Both the position numbers and the translations under genes were made by a program. A stretch of DNA of 53,975 nucleotides from the NCBI GenBank assembly GCA_964646855.1, contig CAZYHQ010000003.1, forward strand, positions 1 through 53,975, given 5' to 3'. This document shows, piece after piece, positions 40,764 through 50,616 of the stretch. Every line of letters begins with the position of its first letter. The stretch's first letter is position 1. The DNA comes from an uncultured archaeon (GTDB taxonomy: Archaea > Aenigmatarchaeota > Aenigmatarchaeia > CG10238-14 > SCSR01). The notes beneath the pieces were generated by a model. That model saw only the letters and a program-made list of their open reading frames with translations, was not told where the DNA came from and made no database searches.

Positions 40764-41186
40764 TCACCTGGTTGGTTTCTGCTTTTTGCCGGAAAGAATT
40801 TCGCTCAGCGCGACCCCGTTGATGGTGGTAACTTTGTATTTGATGCCTACCATGCTGCCCTTCGGCCCGCCCTGCGCGCCGCCTATGCTTTCGATGATGA
40901 CCTCGTCGTGCTCGTTTACGTGGTCTATCGCTCCCTCTCCAGGCACGTGGGCAGTAACCTGTATGTTGTTTTTCAGGAGCTGCACGCGCGCAGCCTTGGT
41001 CAAGCCGGAAGCTGGTTTCTTCTGTTCCACGGCCCTCTTGTCAATAACGATTCCCCTTCCCTGCGGCGCTCCCTCGAGAGGGTCCTTTTTCCACAATTCC
41101 AAAACCCTTCTTTTGTACTGGGTCTTTTTCCACCTAAACTTTTTTCTTCTGGAAGAAAGTTTTCTTGCGCCAAATTCTCCTGACAT
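40764..41186 (-). CDS. rps12: 30S ribosomal protein uS12
   Basis: The track ORF starts at a TTG at 41201. The ATG at 41186 is preceded by GGTGA at -6 to -10. [19 protein letters not shown]...[12 protein letters not shown]. Confidence 0.93.
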   Translation of the reverse strand: MSGEFGARKLSSRRKKFRWKKTQYKRRVLELWKKDPLEGAPQGRGIVIDKRAVEQKKPASGLTKAARVQLLKNNIQVTAHVPGEGAIDHVNEHDEVIIESIGGAQGGPKGSMVGIKYKVTTINGVALSEILSGKKQKPTR

Positions 41187-41204
41187 CTTTTCACCTTGCA
41201 ATCT

Positions 41205-41624
41205 TCATCTTACTATCAAGTCTGTTACTCCGTGGCTTCTTTGCAATAAATTCTTGTACAGCTTTAAATTTTTGCCTTCCCTGCCGATCACGACCGCCCT
41301 CTTTCCTTTGTCGACTTTGATTTCGATGACGATTTGCTCGTCCGCACCGTTTCGGATTTTTATTTCCGCCGCGCTCGGGATCAAGTTTTTCGTGAACTCG
41401 GCAGCGTTGTTGGAGAACTCGAAAATTTTTATGCTTTTATTTATCATGCTTTCCGCATGCTTCACGTTGTTGCCGTTCTTTCCGATAGCCAGGCCAACCT
41501 TCCCCTCGTCTATCACAAAATAAATGTTTTTGTCGTCTGACAGGCAGTCCCTGACAGGGGCGCCAGTGATGTTTTCAAAAAGCGTTATCAAACGAATCGT
41601 TTCTGTATCGAATGTGACTGTCAT
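41205..41624 (-). CDS. nusA: Archaeal NusA homolog (two KH domains)
   Basis: 139-aa ORF. GLAIGKNGNNVKHAE and VIGREGKNLKLYKNLL GxxG KH motifs. Conserved position between L30e and S12. Confidence 0.9.
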   Translation of the reverse strand: MTVTFDTETIRLITLFENITGAPVRDCLSDDKNIYFVIDEGKVGLAIGKNGNNVKHAESMINKSIKIFEFSNNAAEFTKNLIPSAAEIKIRNGADEQIVIEIKVDKGKRAVVIGREGKNLKLYKNLLQRSHGVTDLIVR

Positions 41625-41625
41625 A

Positions 41626-41889
41626 TCAATCTCTTATCACTAGTGTCGAAACCGGAAAAGGCTTTCCGCAAACAACCCCGAGGTCTTTGCTGCTGCCGTC
41701 AAACACCTCAATTTTTATTTTGCCCGACTTTATGTCCGCCTCGATTTCCTTTTTCATCTCCGGAGGAATGTTGTTTGCTATGACTATCAATTTCGGGTTT
41801 CCGTTTTTTATAGTTTTGACGCTATTCCTGAATCCCACTACAGCATTTTTGCTTTTTACTGCGCTTTGTATTTCTTCAGTCAGGCTCAT
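41626..41889 (-). CDS. rpl30e: 50S ribosomal protein eL30
   Basis: The track ORF starts at a GTG at 41916. The ATG at 41889 gives MSLTEEIQSAVKSKNAVVGFRNSVKTIKNGNPKLIVIANN, which matches L30e N-termini. Confidence 0.9.
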   Translation of the reverse strand: MSLTEEIQSAVKSKNAVVGFRNSVKTIKNGNPKLIVIANNIPPEMKKEIEADIKSGKIKIEVFDGSSKDLGVVCGKPFPVSTLVIRD

Positions 41890-41963
41890 TTCAAACTCAA
41901 CTAAAAATTTAATCACCGCTTTAATTTAAATAACTTTAAAAAATCCGAAAACCAGAAGCAGAC

Positions 41964-43103
41964 TTATTTCTTCTTTTCACTCCCTTCAAATTTGGCAATC
42001 AAATCAAACATTCCCGTTCCGGAAGGTATCACCTGGCCTATCATCACGTTTTCGAATATCCCCTGGAAATTGTCGCTCTCGTTTCTTATGGAGGCTTTTA
42101 CCAAATGTTTTATCGTTTCTTCAAATGCCGCACGCGCAAGTATCGAAGTTTTTCCTCCAGCAACCCCGTAACGGCCGATTGATCTCACGTCGCCTCTGAA
42201 AGTCATTATGTCCCCCACCAGCATCACATGCCTCACATCGACATCAAGCCCCTGCTCCTGCAAGGTTTTCAGCGCTTCGTTGATGACGACGTTTCTCGCA
42301 GCCTCTATTCCCAGAACCGCGGCTGTCTCGTGTATATCATTTGTAGATGTCCGCGTTTCGTCAATTTCCTTTTCAAGAAAAACTTGCTGCAGATTGCTGC
42401 CTATGGTGTTTATTATCCAATCCTCGCCCTCCCTTCTCACTACAGCATTGCTTACCCCCTTCACTCCGCCGACCTGTATGTTCAAAATCTTCTCTTTCAT
42501 TTTCTGCAAGTCTGAGATTGCCACTTCAGCCTTCGGCGCGAAAACCAGCTTGTCGCTTTTTATCTTTGCATCGATTTCTTTGATCGTTTCCTTCACAGCG
42601 TTCAAAACAGTTTGCTGCCTTTTTTTGTCAATAAGTTCTATTTCTATTGAATTTTCGTTTATGTTTATGGAAATCCTGCTTGCCACGTTCGAAACTTTCT
42701 TCTCGATTATTCTGTTGGCGATGTCGGCAGCCGAGTCGGCGTTGTTGGACTGCTTTTTCAAAAGGATTGTCATCATCGGAGTCTCCGGAGATTTTTTCGC
42801 GTCAAAAATTTCAATCAGCCTAGGCAGGCCGTATGTCACTCTGATTCCCGCAGTGCCTGCAAAATGGTAGGTACGCATCGTCATCTGCGTCGCAGGTTCG
42901 GAGATGCTCTGCGCAGCGATTATTCCAACGACTTCGCCAGGCTCGAACTTGCTGTTCGCGTGTCTTGTCTTTATCTCGTTCGTGAGTTTTTTAGCCTGAT
43001 CTTTGTTGAGCCTTTTTTCCTTTATAACTTTCTCTATCTCTTCCTGCAATTTCTTCGGCAGTTCCATTTCATCTAAATAATTTTTCGGCGATGCTTCTGA
43101 CAT
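41964..43103 (-). CDS. rpoA2: DNA-directed RNA polymerase subunit A'' (Rpo1C)
   Basis: [30 protein letters not shown]. The track ORF begins at a TTG at 43112. Alternative starts are the ATG at 43103 and the ATG at 43067 (just after the A' stop). Confidence 0.93.
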   Translation of the reverse strand: MSEASPKNYLDEMELPKKLQEEIEKVIKEKRLNKDQAKKLTNEIKTRHANSKFEPGEVVGIIAAQSISEPATQMTMRTYHFAGTAGIRVTYGLPRLIEIFDAKKSPETPMMTILLKKQSNNADSAADIANRIIEKKVSNVASRISININENSIEIELIDKKRQQTVLNAVKETIKEIDAKIKSDKLVFAPKAEVAISDLQKMKEKILNIQVGGVKGVSNAVVRREGEDWIINTIGSNLQQVFLEKEIDETRTSTNDIHETAAVLGIEAARNVVINEALKTLQEQGLDVDVRHVMLVGDIMTFRGDVRSIGRYGVAGGKTSILARAAFEETIKHLVKASIRNESDNFQGIFENVMIGQVIPSGTGMFDLIAKFEGSEKKK

Positions 43104-45576
43104 CCAAACCAACCCTCTCTATTTTTGACGGGTCCAAGCCATCCTCACCGGGAATGAACTGGACAATTCTGTTCGACGCGTCTCTGATCGTTCCGTCGTA
43201 CTCGACCTTCAAGTCCTGCAGAGCGCCAACCAATCTTCTTTCCATGTAGCCGCTGTGCCTGGTTTTCAGGGATTTGTCCATCAGGGATTCCCTGCTGTTT
43301 ATCGCGTCGAAGAAAAATTCATGAGGCGTCAAGCCGTCCTTGAAACCCCTGCTCACAAAACCCCTCGATTCCAAACGTATGTCTCCCTTTTTGAAGTGCG
43401 GAAAAACCCTTTCATGGTAGCCTCTTTCCATCCTTTCTCCCATGACCATTTCCTGGCCGACCATTGCTGCGGTCTGCACCATGTTGACGAGATCTCCCCT
43501 CGCCCCGCTTTTGGCCATTACAAGTGCAAAATTATTGTTCTTTATGTAATGTTCGATAATTTTCCCGACTTCGCTCAGCGCCACGCTGAGCCTTCTTTTT
43601 ATTAACGTCTCCAGGCTTTCCTTCGGCGATCTTCCTACCAGGACTTTCAGCTCGCCCCTGTTGAATTCCTCGATAAGCTTGTCGACGTCCCTTTTCACGG
43701 AACTGATCACATTTCTTATTTCGTTCTTCGCTTCCTTCGGCAGGTCCTGGTCGGATATGCTTATCGTGAAGCCGTGAGTCATCAAAAATTCTATGGAAAG
43801 TTTCGTTATCCTGAACAAGAACTGTTTGGTAAAGTGGGAACCGTATTCCTTTTCCAATTTGTCCAGTATCTTTCCGCTCTCCGCGCCTACGGCCGCCTTG
43901 TCAATCGTCCCCTCCAGAAGTTTCCCGTTTTTGACAACCACAGTGTCCCCGGCCTTTGACCTGTGTTCGATTGAAAAATCTTTCGGCAAAAACAGGCTGA
44001 AAACTTCTTTCCCGGTCAATGTTTGCGCGTCAGGCATCACGATGTCGGTGTCAACACCGCGAATCAGCTGCGTGAATTCCTCCCTTGACAATTTTTTATC
44101 GCCGTTGGTAAGCAGATACAACCCTGTAAGATGGTCCCTCACAGCTCCGACAATCGGTCCGGAGAATCTCGGACTTCGTATATTTTTCGCAACGGACATC
44201 AGAATACCCGCTTCAACTTGCGACTCCTCGGTCTGCGGGATGTGGAGATTCATCTCGTCGCCGTCGAAGTCGGCGTTGTACGGAGGAGTCACGCACAGGT
44301 TTAGCCTGAAAGTCCTGAAAGGCATGACCCTTACCCTGTGCGACATTATGCTCATCCTGTGCAGGCTCGGCTGCCTGTTGAAAATGACGACGTCGTTGTC
44401 TTTTATGTGCCTCTCAACTATGTAGCCGGGCACGACCTCTTTTGCAATTTCTTCCTTGTTCAGTTCGGTTATTTTTTTCCTCCGGCCGTCAGGACGTATG
44501 ACGTAATTTGCCCCGGGCCAGACTTCGGACCCGTTCAAAATAAGTTTTTTAATTTCTTCCAGGTTCCTGTCGTTGATTCTTATCGGAGTCGTAAGTTCTT
44601 TTGCAATTATTTCCGGCACGCCCACCTCGTCTATGTCGATCATCGGGTCGGGACTTATGACCGTTCGCGCGGAAAAGTTGACTCTCTTCCCGGCAAGGTT
44701 TCCTCTGAACCTGCCTTCTTTTGTTTTCAGTCTCTGCGAAAGCGTTTTCAAAATCCTTCCCGACCTGTGTCTGGCAGGCGGAACGCCGGATATTTCGTTG
44801 TCAAAATAAGTAGAGATGTGATACTGCAGCAGCTCCCAAAGATCCTCGATTATGAAGTCGGGCGCGCCAAGGTCGATGTTCTCCTTCAGCCTCTCGTTGA
44901 TTCTGACAACGTCAACGAGCTTGTGGGTCAGGTCGTCCTCAGACCTCTCCCCCGTCTCCAGCGTGATCGAAGGTCTCACGGTAACAGGCGGTATCGGGAG
45001 AATCGTCAACGTGAGCCACTCGGGCCTGCTCTTCATGCCTATGGTATCCAAATCCCCGGTTGTTATTTTTTCCAGCCTTTGACGTACTTTTTGGGCGTCA
45101 AGATTTTCGTTATTTTCGATAAAACTGTAAGGTTTTATGAACTTCAGTTTTTTCTGTTCTGTGTTGCAGTACGGGCATTTTTTTCTCGCGACTTTTATAA
45201 GCTCTTTGATTGTCAGCCTCTTTTCTTTGACTTCGGCAACATCCTTCTCGTTTATCAGAACCCTGCTGCATTTCCTGCAAAAAACTTTCAGAAGAGTGAA
45301 CAAAATTTTTGCGTAGTGGACATGGATCACAGGGCGCGTCAACTCGAGGAAGCCGAAATGCCCCAGGCAGTCACCGACAGAACCGCCACAGCTCCTGCAT
45401 CGTACGCCCGGGTCAACGACGCCGAGCCTCGGATCCATCAGCCCACCCTCGATCGGATAGCCTTCCTGGTCGTAAAGCTCAGTCTTCGTTATTTTTCCCA
45501 CAGACATTTTCCTGATCAGTTCCGGGTCAACGATTCCAAAATCAATTTTTTCTACTCGCATATCAATTCCCTTCAT
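43069..45576 (-). CDS. rpoA1: DNA-directed RNA polymerase subunit A' (Rpo1N)
   Basis: Zinc-binding CRSCGG...C, catalytic [10 protein letters not shown]. Start chosen at ATG 45576 ([10 protein letters not shown]...), which forms an ATGA overlap with the rpoB' stop and is preceded by GAGG. Confidence 0.95.
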   Translation of the reverse strand: MKGIDMRVEKIDFGIVDPELIRKMSVGKITKTELYDQEGYPIEGGLMDPRLGVVDPGVRCRSCGGSVGDCLGHFGFLELTRPVIHVHYAKILFTLLKVFCRKCSRVLINEKDVAEVKEKRLTIKELIKVARKKCPYCNTEQKKLKFIKPYSFIENNENLDAQKVRQRLEKITTGDLDTIGMKSRPEWLTLTILPIPPVTVRPSITLETGERSEDDLTHKLVDVVRINERLKENIDLGAPDFIIEDLWELLQYHISTYFDNEISGVPPARHRSGRILKTLSQRLKTKEGRFRGNLAGKRVNFSARTVISPDPMIDIDEVGVPEIIAKELTTPIRINDRNLEEIKKLILNGSEVWPGANYVIRPDGRRKKITELNKEEIAKEVVPGYIVERHIKDNDVVIFNRQPSLHRMSIMSHRVRVMPFRTFRLNLCVTPPYNADFDGDEMNLHIPQTEESQVEAGILMSVAKNIRSPRFSGPIVGAVRDHLTGLYLLTNGDKKLSREEFTQLIRGVDTDIVMPDAQTLTGKEVFSLFLPKDFSIEHRSKAGDTVVVKNGKLLEGTIDKAAVGAESGKILDKLEKEYGSHFTKQFLFRITKLSIEFLMTHGFTISISDQDLPKEAKNEIRNVISSVKRDVDKLIEEFNRGELKVLVGRSPKESLETLIKRRLSVALSEVGKIIEHYIKNNNFALVMAKSGARGDLVNMVQTAAMVGQEMVMGERMERGYHERVFPHFKKGDIRLESRGFVSRGFKDGLTPHEFFFDAINSRESLMDKSLKTRHSGYMERRLVGALQDLKVEYDGTIRDASNRIVQFIPGEDGLDPSKIERVGLDVRSIAEKLFR

Positions 45577-47369
45577 TCCTCTTTCAAAACTATTTTTGGA
45601 TAGATGAGCATGCTCTTCAGCTCGTCCAGCATAAGTTTGAATGCGTAACTCATCTCTATGTCCGCTATCTTCGTCTCCCCGCAGACCGGGCAATATTTTT
45701 TGTTCTTGATCCTGTCATGTATCGCAAGCAGGCCGCACTCGGTGCAGATTGGTATCGAGGTCTTGTCAGAATCAAACCTTTCTTTCAAAACCAGCGCAGC
45801 GCCGTGCGCAATAAGGCAATCCTTCTCCATCTCCCCCAACCTCAGCCCGCCCTCCTTGCTTCTTCCCTCGGTCGGCTGTTTTGTCAAGAGCGTCACAGGC
45901 CCTCTGGACCTTGCATGTATCTTGTTCGAGACGAGGTGGTCAAGTTTCTGGTAAAATGTGCTTCCGATAAAAATTTCCGCGCCGAATCTTTTTCCGGTCT
46001 TGCCGTCGTACATAATTTCCCTGCCGTCGTTATTGAACCCGTAGTTCTGCAGAGTCTGCCTGATTTCGTCCTCTGTGACAGGGTTGAACGCCGGCGAATA
46101 AATATACTTTCCGGACAGTGCGGCGGCCTTGCCCCCTATCAGTTCCAAAAGTTGTCCGATTGTCATACGCGAAGGAATGCCGTGCGGATTGAAAATCAGG
46201 TCAGGCACAATCCCGTCTTTCGTGAACGGCATGTCCTCTTGCGGAACGATAAGCGCAATCACACCTTTTTGTCCGTGCCTGCTCGCAAGCTTGTCCCCGA
46301 TCTCGGGAACTTTCGGATCCCGTATCACAACTTTTATGAGTTTCGTCCCGTCTATGGTCTCTGTGATAAAAACCCTGTCAACAATCCCGCTGTCGCCATG
46401 CCTCAGCCTGACAGAAGTCTCGCGAATGTTTTCAATCCCGGTGATGAACTGGTCCATTGTTCCGAGGAAGCGGAGCGGAGAAATTCTGCCTATCAAGATT
46501 TCGTCCGAGCCCACTTTTGTTTCAGGATTAATTATGCCGTCTTCCGGCAGATGTTTGTAAGCATCCTCCCCGGCATAACCCCTCACGCCGGCCTGCGGTA
46601 TGCCCAGCACATCCTCTTGCCCGCCCATGTATCTTTTTTGCTCGGCCTCGTATGTCCTGTACAAATAAGACCAGAAAAGCCCGCGCTGGATTGCAGAAGC
46701 GCTGATCACAACGCTGTCCTCCATGTTGTAGCCCTCGAACGATGCGAGCGCAACAATCAGGTTCGTGCCGTTGGCGTGCTTGTCGTAGCTTATTACTTTG
46801 TGCACGTGAGTCTGCACAAGCGGCTTCTGCGGATAAACCAAAACATTTGATTTCGTGTCGGTCCTTTCCAAAAAGTTTGTAGCAAACAGGCCGATGGACT
46901 GCCCGACCATTTTCGCGCCGTAGTTGACCCTGTCGCCCCTGTTGAATTCCGGATAAGGAACGAAAGACGCCGACAGGCCCATGATGACCGCGGGGTCCAG
47001 CTCAAGGTGGGTATGCTCCGGAGTCATGTCCTGCTCGTGCAGCGCAATATACGTGTTCTCCTCCTCTTCCGCATCCAGGTATTCTATCACACCGTTTTTT
47101 ATCAGGTCGTCCCAGCTCATCTCGCCCTTCTTGACCTTTTCCAAAATTTCATCCGTGAGTTTTGATTTCCCGTTTTCAACAATTATCAACGGCCTCCTGA
47201 CCCTGCCCGAATCAGCAAGTATTCTCACCACATCCAGATGTTTGTGGTACGCTACGTTCACCAGATCAGAAATCAAACCTATTCTTCTTTTCTGCCTCAT
47301 GCCGTTTACCAGAGCTTCCGGCTCTTTTGTTTCCCCGATGTATCTGCCGTCGACGAAAACTTCAGCCAT
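45573..47369 (-). CDS. rpoB1: DNA-directed RNA polymerase subunit B' (Rpo2C, C-terminal half of split B)
   Basis: Conserved GDKLASRHGQKGV, PDLIFNPHGIPSRMTIGQ, GEMEKDCLIAHGA, C-terminal Zn ribbon CTECG...CPVCG. ATG 47369 is preceded by GGTGG. 8-nt overlap with B''. Confidence 0.95.
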   Translation of the reverse strand: MAEVFVDGRYIGETKEPEALVNGMRQKRRIGLISDLVNVAYHKHLDVVRILADSGRVRRPLIIVENGKSKLTDEILEKVKKGEMSWDDLIKNGVIEYLDAEEEENTYIALHEQDMTPEHTHLELDPAVIMGLSASFVPYPEFNRGDRVNYGAKMVGQSIGLFATNFLERTDTKSNVLVYPQKPLVQTHVHKVISYDKHANGTNLIVALASFEGYNMEDSVVISASAIQRGLFWSYLYRTYEAEQKRYMGGQEDVLGIPQAGVRGYAGEDAYKHLPEDGIINPETKVGSDEILIGRISPLRFLGTMDQFITGIENIRETSVRLRHGDSGIVDRVFITETIDGTKLIKVVIRDPKVPEIGDKLASRHGQKGVIALIVPQEDMPFTKDGIVPDLIFNPHGIPSRMTIGQLLELIGGKAAALSGKYIYSPAFNPVTEDEIRQTLQNYGFNNDGREIMYDGKTGKRFGAEIFIGSTFYQKLDHLVSNKIHARSRGPVTLLTKQPTEGRSKEGGLRLGEMEKDCLIAHGAALVLKERFDSDKTSIPICTECGLLAIHDRIKNKKYCPVCGETKIADIEMSYAFKLMLDELKSMLIYPKIVLKEE

Positions 47370-48852
47370 TCTTACCACCCTTCTGCACAACAGCCATTAT
47401 CGCCTTCAGCTCCTTTTCGTTCACTGCCCTTGTCACTTCAGCAGTTATCGCCAGATATTTTCTCAAACCTATCGTCGCTCCCTCCGGAGTTTCGCTCGTG
47501 CACAGCTTGCCGAAGTGAGTCGGGTGCAATTCCCTGGCCTCGAAATGCTCCTGCGTCGAAGTCAGCGGCGACAAAACGTTTCGCATGTGGGAAAGTGTTT
47601 TTATGTAGCTCCCCCTCTCCAGCCTCTGGCTGATGCCGGTCCTTCCGCCGACCCAGCTGCCTATTGCCAACGCGGACACGAGCTGGTTTGTCAGAACGTT
47701 CGATTCGACAATCGCCTGCAGCGGAGGCAGCCTTCCCCTCTTCGTCAATTTCTGGTAGTTGTAAGTTATCCTCGTTATCAATCCCCACTTGCCCAAAAGT
47801 ATCGAGCGCAGCAAAATTTCCATCAGGTCTCCGGCAAGGCGCAAACGTTTGTTGGAGTAGTGGTCCAAATCGTCGTCCTCGATTTTTCCAAGGTGCAGTT
47901 TCAAAATTTTTCCCACAGCCTTGGCAAGGAACATCGCCTTGCTCATCCTGTCGCTGCTAGACTGCCCCAGGTGCGGCAGCAAATACCTGTCCACGAGCTT
48001 TATCGCCCTCTCTGTCCTGTACTCTTTTTGCGGAATCTTGATGTGCTTGCCGATTTCGTCCAGCCCGGCCTCTTTTGATGGAACATCGATTTGGTAAAGA
48101 TTTACCGCGAATTCTTCCTGCACCTCCGGATCCAGCGAGACGGCAGTGAGGAGATCTTTGTCGCTTTCCAATCCGAGAGCTTTCAGCAAAATCATAACAG
48201 GCAGTTTGCTTACGTTGGCAAAAGAAATCGTGACCGTCCCGTCGTTTTTTCTTTCCACCATGTGCCTCTGCACATAGCCGTCCTTTTCCGAATGCACGCG
48301 GCCGATTTCCGCGACATTCCCGGAACTCACTTTCGACACGATGACCCTGTTGGGCGCTATCTCTTCTACAAGGACAAGAATCCTCTCGGTGCCGTTTATT
48401 ACAAAATATCCGCCGGGGTCGTCGGGGTCTTCGCCGACTTCTATCAGTTCGTTTTGCGACATTGGCGCAAGCGGGCAGATTTTTGATTTCAGCATCACAG
48501 GCAAATCCCCGAAGTTTACAACAACGGATTCGCTCTCGATGTTGTTCAGTATTGGAGTCATTTCTATGTACATCGGCGCCGAGTAGGTCAGGTTTCGCTG
48601 TCGTGCTTCCATCGGCAAGATTCCTCTGACCGAGCCGTCCGCTTCTTTTACAGAAGGCTCGCCAAGCTTGAACTCGCCAAGTTTTATTTTGAACTCTCCC
48701 AAGTCAGGAACTTCAGGCTTGATTGTCCCGATTTCTTCCAGGACTTTCGGGATTCTGCGCGTGATGAAATCGTTGTACGACTCAGTCTGGAATCTGACAA
48801 AACCCCGCTCGCGCGCGAGCGTGTTGAGCAATGTTAAAAATGTTGTGTTCAT
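47362..48852 (-). CDS. rpoB2: DNA-directed RNA polymerase subunit B'' (Rpo2N, N-terminal half of split B)
   Basis: 496-aa ORF. SYNDFI..., GYFVINGTERILV, DDDLDHYSNKRLRLAGDL, HFGKLCTSETPEG. Confidence 0.95.
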   Translation of the reverse strand: MNTTFLTLLNTLARERGFVRFQTESYNDFITRRIPKVLEEIGTIKPEVPDLGEFKIKLGEFKLGEPSVKEADGSVRGILPMEARQRNLTYSAPMYIEMTPILNNIESESVVVNFGDLPVMLKSKICPLAPMSQNELIEVGEDPDDPGGYFVINGTERILVLVEEIAPNRVIVSKVSSGNVAEIGRVHSEKDGYVQRHMVERKNDGTVTISFANVSKLPVMILLKALGLESDKDLLTAVSLDPEVQEEFAVNLYQIDVPSKEAGLDEIGKHIKIPQKEYRTERAIKLVDRYLLPHLGQSSSDRMSKAMFLAKAVGKILKLHLGKIEDDDLDHYSNKRLRLAGDLMEILLRSILLGKWGLITRITYNYQKLTKRGRLPPLQAIVESNVLTNQLVSALAIGSWVGGRTGISQRLERGSYIKTLSHMRNVLSPLTSTQEHFEARELHPTHFGKLCTSETPEGATIGLRKYLAITAEVTRAVNEKELKAIMAVVQKGGKNG

Positions 48853-48856
48853 CGTT

Positions 48857-49096
48857 TCACCCTTTTATGACAACCCTGTAGTATGTAGTCTCCCCAGCAG
48901 TTTGCGATTTCCTGACTATTTTCACTACGTCCCCGATCTTGCCGTTGAGAATTTTTATCTGCTGGTCGGTGTCGAGAATTCTCGGCAGCTGCCGCAGGGT
49001 TATTTTGTATCTGTTGAGCAGTTCTTCCTTTTCCTTTTCGTTCAGCAGCGTGTGTTTGGGCACAAGCTCGTGTTTTGCAATATCGATTTCTTTCAA
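48857..49096 (-). CDS. rpoH: DNA-directed RNA polymerase subunit H (Rpo5)
   Basis: 79-aa ORF. HELVPKHTLLNEKEKEELL...LPRILDTDQ...GDVVKIVRKSQTAGETTYYRVV. Confidence 0.92.
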   Translation of the reverse strand: MKEIDIAKHELVPKHTLLNEKEKEELLNRYKITLRQLPRILDTDQQIKILNGKIGDVVKIVRKSQTAGETTYYRVVIKG

Positions 49097-49309
49097 TGCA
49101 CCACCAAAATTTTGGACGTTCGAGAAAAAGGACTGAAGTCAATTCCCGCGTGTGTAGAAAATTCTAGGTCATATATCAAAGCAACACCATTCTCGAGATG
49201 GTTTTATCCGCTTGGCAGACCGATCGGATATCCCTTAATTAGTATTTGCAATCTTTTAAATTTAACTGTTGCTGGTCTACAGCTATCAAATTTTAAGGAA
49301 AAGTTCAAG

Positions 49310-49397
49310 CGCCCGGAGCGGGATTTGAACCCGCGTCACAGCCGTGACAGGGCTATACCTTTCCAGTCTATATCCTAGGCCGCTAGACGATCCGGGC
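49310..49397 (-). tRNA. tRNA-Asp (anticodon GUC) with a putative 15-nt non-canonical intron between the D arm and anticodon stem
   Basis: Manual fold. Acceptor GCCCGGA/TCCGGGC, discriminator G. Anticodon stem TAGCC/GGCTG, loop CUGUCAC. T arm GCGGG-TTCAAAT-CCCGC. There are 35 nt where 19 are expected between the acceptor and anticodon stems. Confidence 0.7.
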
Positions 49398-49438
49398 TTG
49401 ATTACAAATACACAGTTAGTATTTATAAAAATAAATGT

Positions 49439-49556
49439 GCTAGCGGACGTCCTGCAGTTCCCATGCTTTCGCACAGTACAACGCAGATCGCTGGTAGTCT
49501 TATCTTCTGAGTTCGGAACGGGATCAGGAGTTTCCCTACCGCTTTGATCCGCTAAC
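49439..49556 (-). rRNA. rrf: 5S ribosomal RNA
   Basis: The minus-strand sequence GTTAGCGGATCAAAGCGGTAGGGAAACTCCTGATCCCGTTCCGAACTCAGAAGATAAGACTACCAGCG...GTACTGTGCGAAAGCATGGGAACTGCAGGACGTCCGCTAGC has the conserved 5S loop motifs. Terminal helix GTTAGCGGA/TCCGCTAGC. Confidence 0.88.
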
Positions 49557-49606
49557 AAAAATAATATGTATCACTACAATTTAAATTTTACTGAGCAAGT
49601 CAAATT

Positions 49607-50449
49607 ATGACATATATTATTCCCACCCAGTTCGCATCGCACATAGCAAAAAATCTTGAAGAGAGAGGGCATGAAATAATTCATCCATTGAAAAATCGCG
49701 ATGGAAAATTTTACCACCCTGACGGCACTTTTTATACCAGAATTCCAGAAGCAGAAGGTTTGCGTGAGGCTCTCGTTCTCCATTCGGGTGCTCCGCGCCC
49801 AAATGACGGCGTCGTAGAGCTGGATTTCATCCTGGGTATTTTGCAGAGAAACTCGGTCAAGTTCGACGTTTTTATGCTATATTATCCATACGGTAGGCAG
49901 GACCACATACGCGATCCTGGCGAAACTGTGTACGCAGAAGACCTTGCAAAATCAATATTCTCCAGAGGCGCGGGAAAAATTTACGTAATCGACGCCCATT
50001 TCTCAGAGCAGGATTGGGTTAGTAAATATCCGATTGAAAATGTTTCTGCGGATTCTTTGATTCGTGAGTCGGTGAACGATCCCGACAGTGTATTTATCGC
50101 GCCAGACGTCGGTGCAGGCAAAAGATTCGGAACCGCGAACATGTATAAGACACGGGAAGATTCGTCCAACGTCAAGATTAGTTCCCTTGACGATCTTGCT
50201 GAAACTGTAAAGGACAAGCACGTCGTTATCCGCGACGATATAATCAGTACTGGCGGGACAATGATAGCCGCGAAAGATAATTTACTCCGATTGGGTGTTC
50301 GGAGAGTCAGCGCGGCAGCAACACACGGCTTGATGGAGGAAGGCCTCAATTCGGTTTACAACAAGTTCGAAGGAAATTTGCACGTCACTAACACTATAAG
50401 TTCTCGATATTCGAATGTCGATATGACGCCTCTGATTTTAAAAAGATAA
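49607..50449 (+). CDS. prs: Ribose-phosphate pyrophosphokinase (PRPP synthetase)
   Basis: 280-aa ORF. YYPYGRQDH and PRPP-binding loop VVIRDDIISTGGTMIAA. Confidence 0.75.
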   Translation: MTYIIPTQFASHIAKNLEERGHEIIHPLKNRDGKFYHPDGTFYTRIPEAEGLREALVLHSGAPRPNDGVVELDFILGILQRNSVKFDVFMLYYPYGRQDHIRDPGETVYAEDLAKSIFSRGAGKIYVIDAHFSEQDWVSKYPIENVSADSLIRESVNDPDSVFIAPDVGAGKRFGTANMYKTREDSSNVKISSLDDLAETVKDKHVVIRDDIISTGGTMIAAKDNLLRLGVRRVSAAATHGLMEEGLNSVYNKFEGNLHVTNTISSRYSNVDMTPLILKR

Positions 50450-50452
50450 GAG

Positions 50453-50581
50453 TCCCCCGAGCCGGATTCGAACCAGCAACTTTTCGCTTTCTGTCCGAGC
50501 ATTTCCTGGCTGAGAAATGCAATTGCAAATCCCTACAGGCGAACGCTCTTTTACGAATTTTTACCGTTGAGCTATCGGGGG
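50453..50581 (-). tRNA. tRNA-Tyr (anticodon GUA) with a 44-nt canonical intron and an unusually long (20-nt) D-loop region
   Basis: Manual fold. Acceptor CCCCCGA/TCGGGGG with the C1:G72 archaeal Tyr identity pair, discriminator A. D stem GCTC/GAGC. Anticodon stem TTCGC/GCGAA, loop CUGUAG[intron]A. T arm GCTGG-TTCGAAT-CCGGC. Confidence 0.75.
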
Positions 50582-50616
50582 AATAATAGAATTAGCTGCT
50601 GTGGAAATATAAAAAC

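Noticed and set aside
45577-45693. 39-codon N-terminal extension of the rpoA' ORF (MPGLRGDEDSGHRDE...)
   Set aside because: It overlaps the C-terminal coding region of rpoB'. The ATG at 45576 gives a canonical A' N-terminus, an ATGA stop/start overlap and a GAGG upstream.
40519-48078. Long plus-strand ORFs (40519..41523, 44338..45603, 45717..46850, 46981..48078 and shorter ones) opposite the ribosomal-protein and RNA-polymerase genes
   Set aside because: All are antisense to highly conserved genes with clear catalytic motifs. Their translations are Arg/Ser/Phe/Leu-rich with no recognisable domains.
49310-49397. Alternative reading of this tRNA as tRNA-Ser(GGA), with CTGGAAA as the anticodon loop and GTCAC-GGCT-GTGAC as a long variable arm
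   Set aside because: No complementary 3' strand exists for an anticodon stem around CTGGAAA. The TAGCC-CUGUCAC-GGCTG arm pairs fully and gives a normal Asp tRNA once a 15-nt insertion is removed.
49286-49558. ORFs 49286..49558 (-) and 49344..49547 (+)
   Set aside because: They overlap tRNA-Asp and 5S rRNA, whose conserved RNA motifs explain the sequence.
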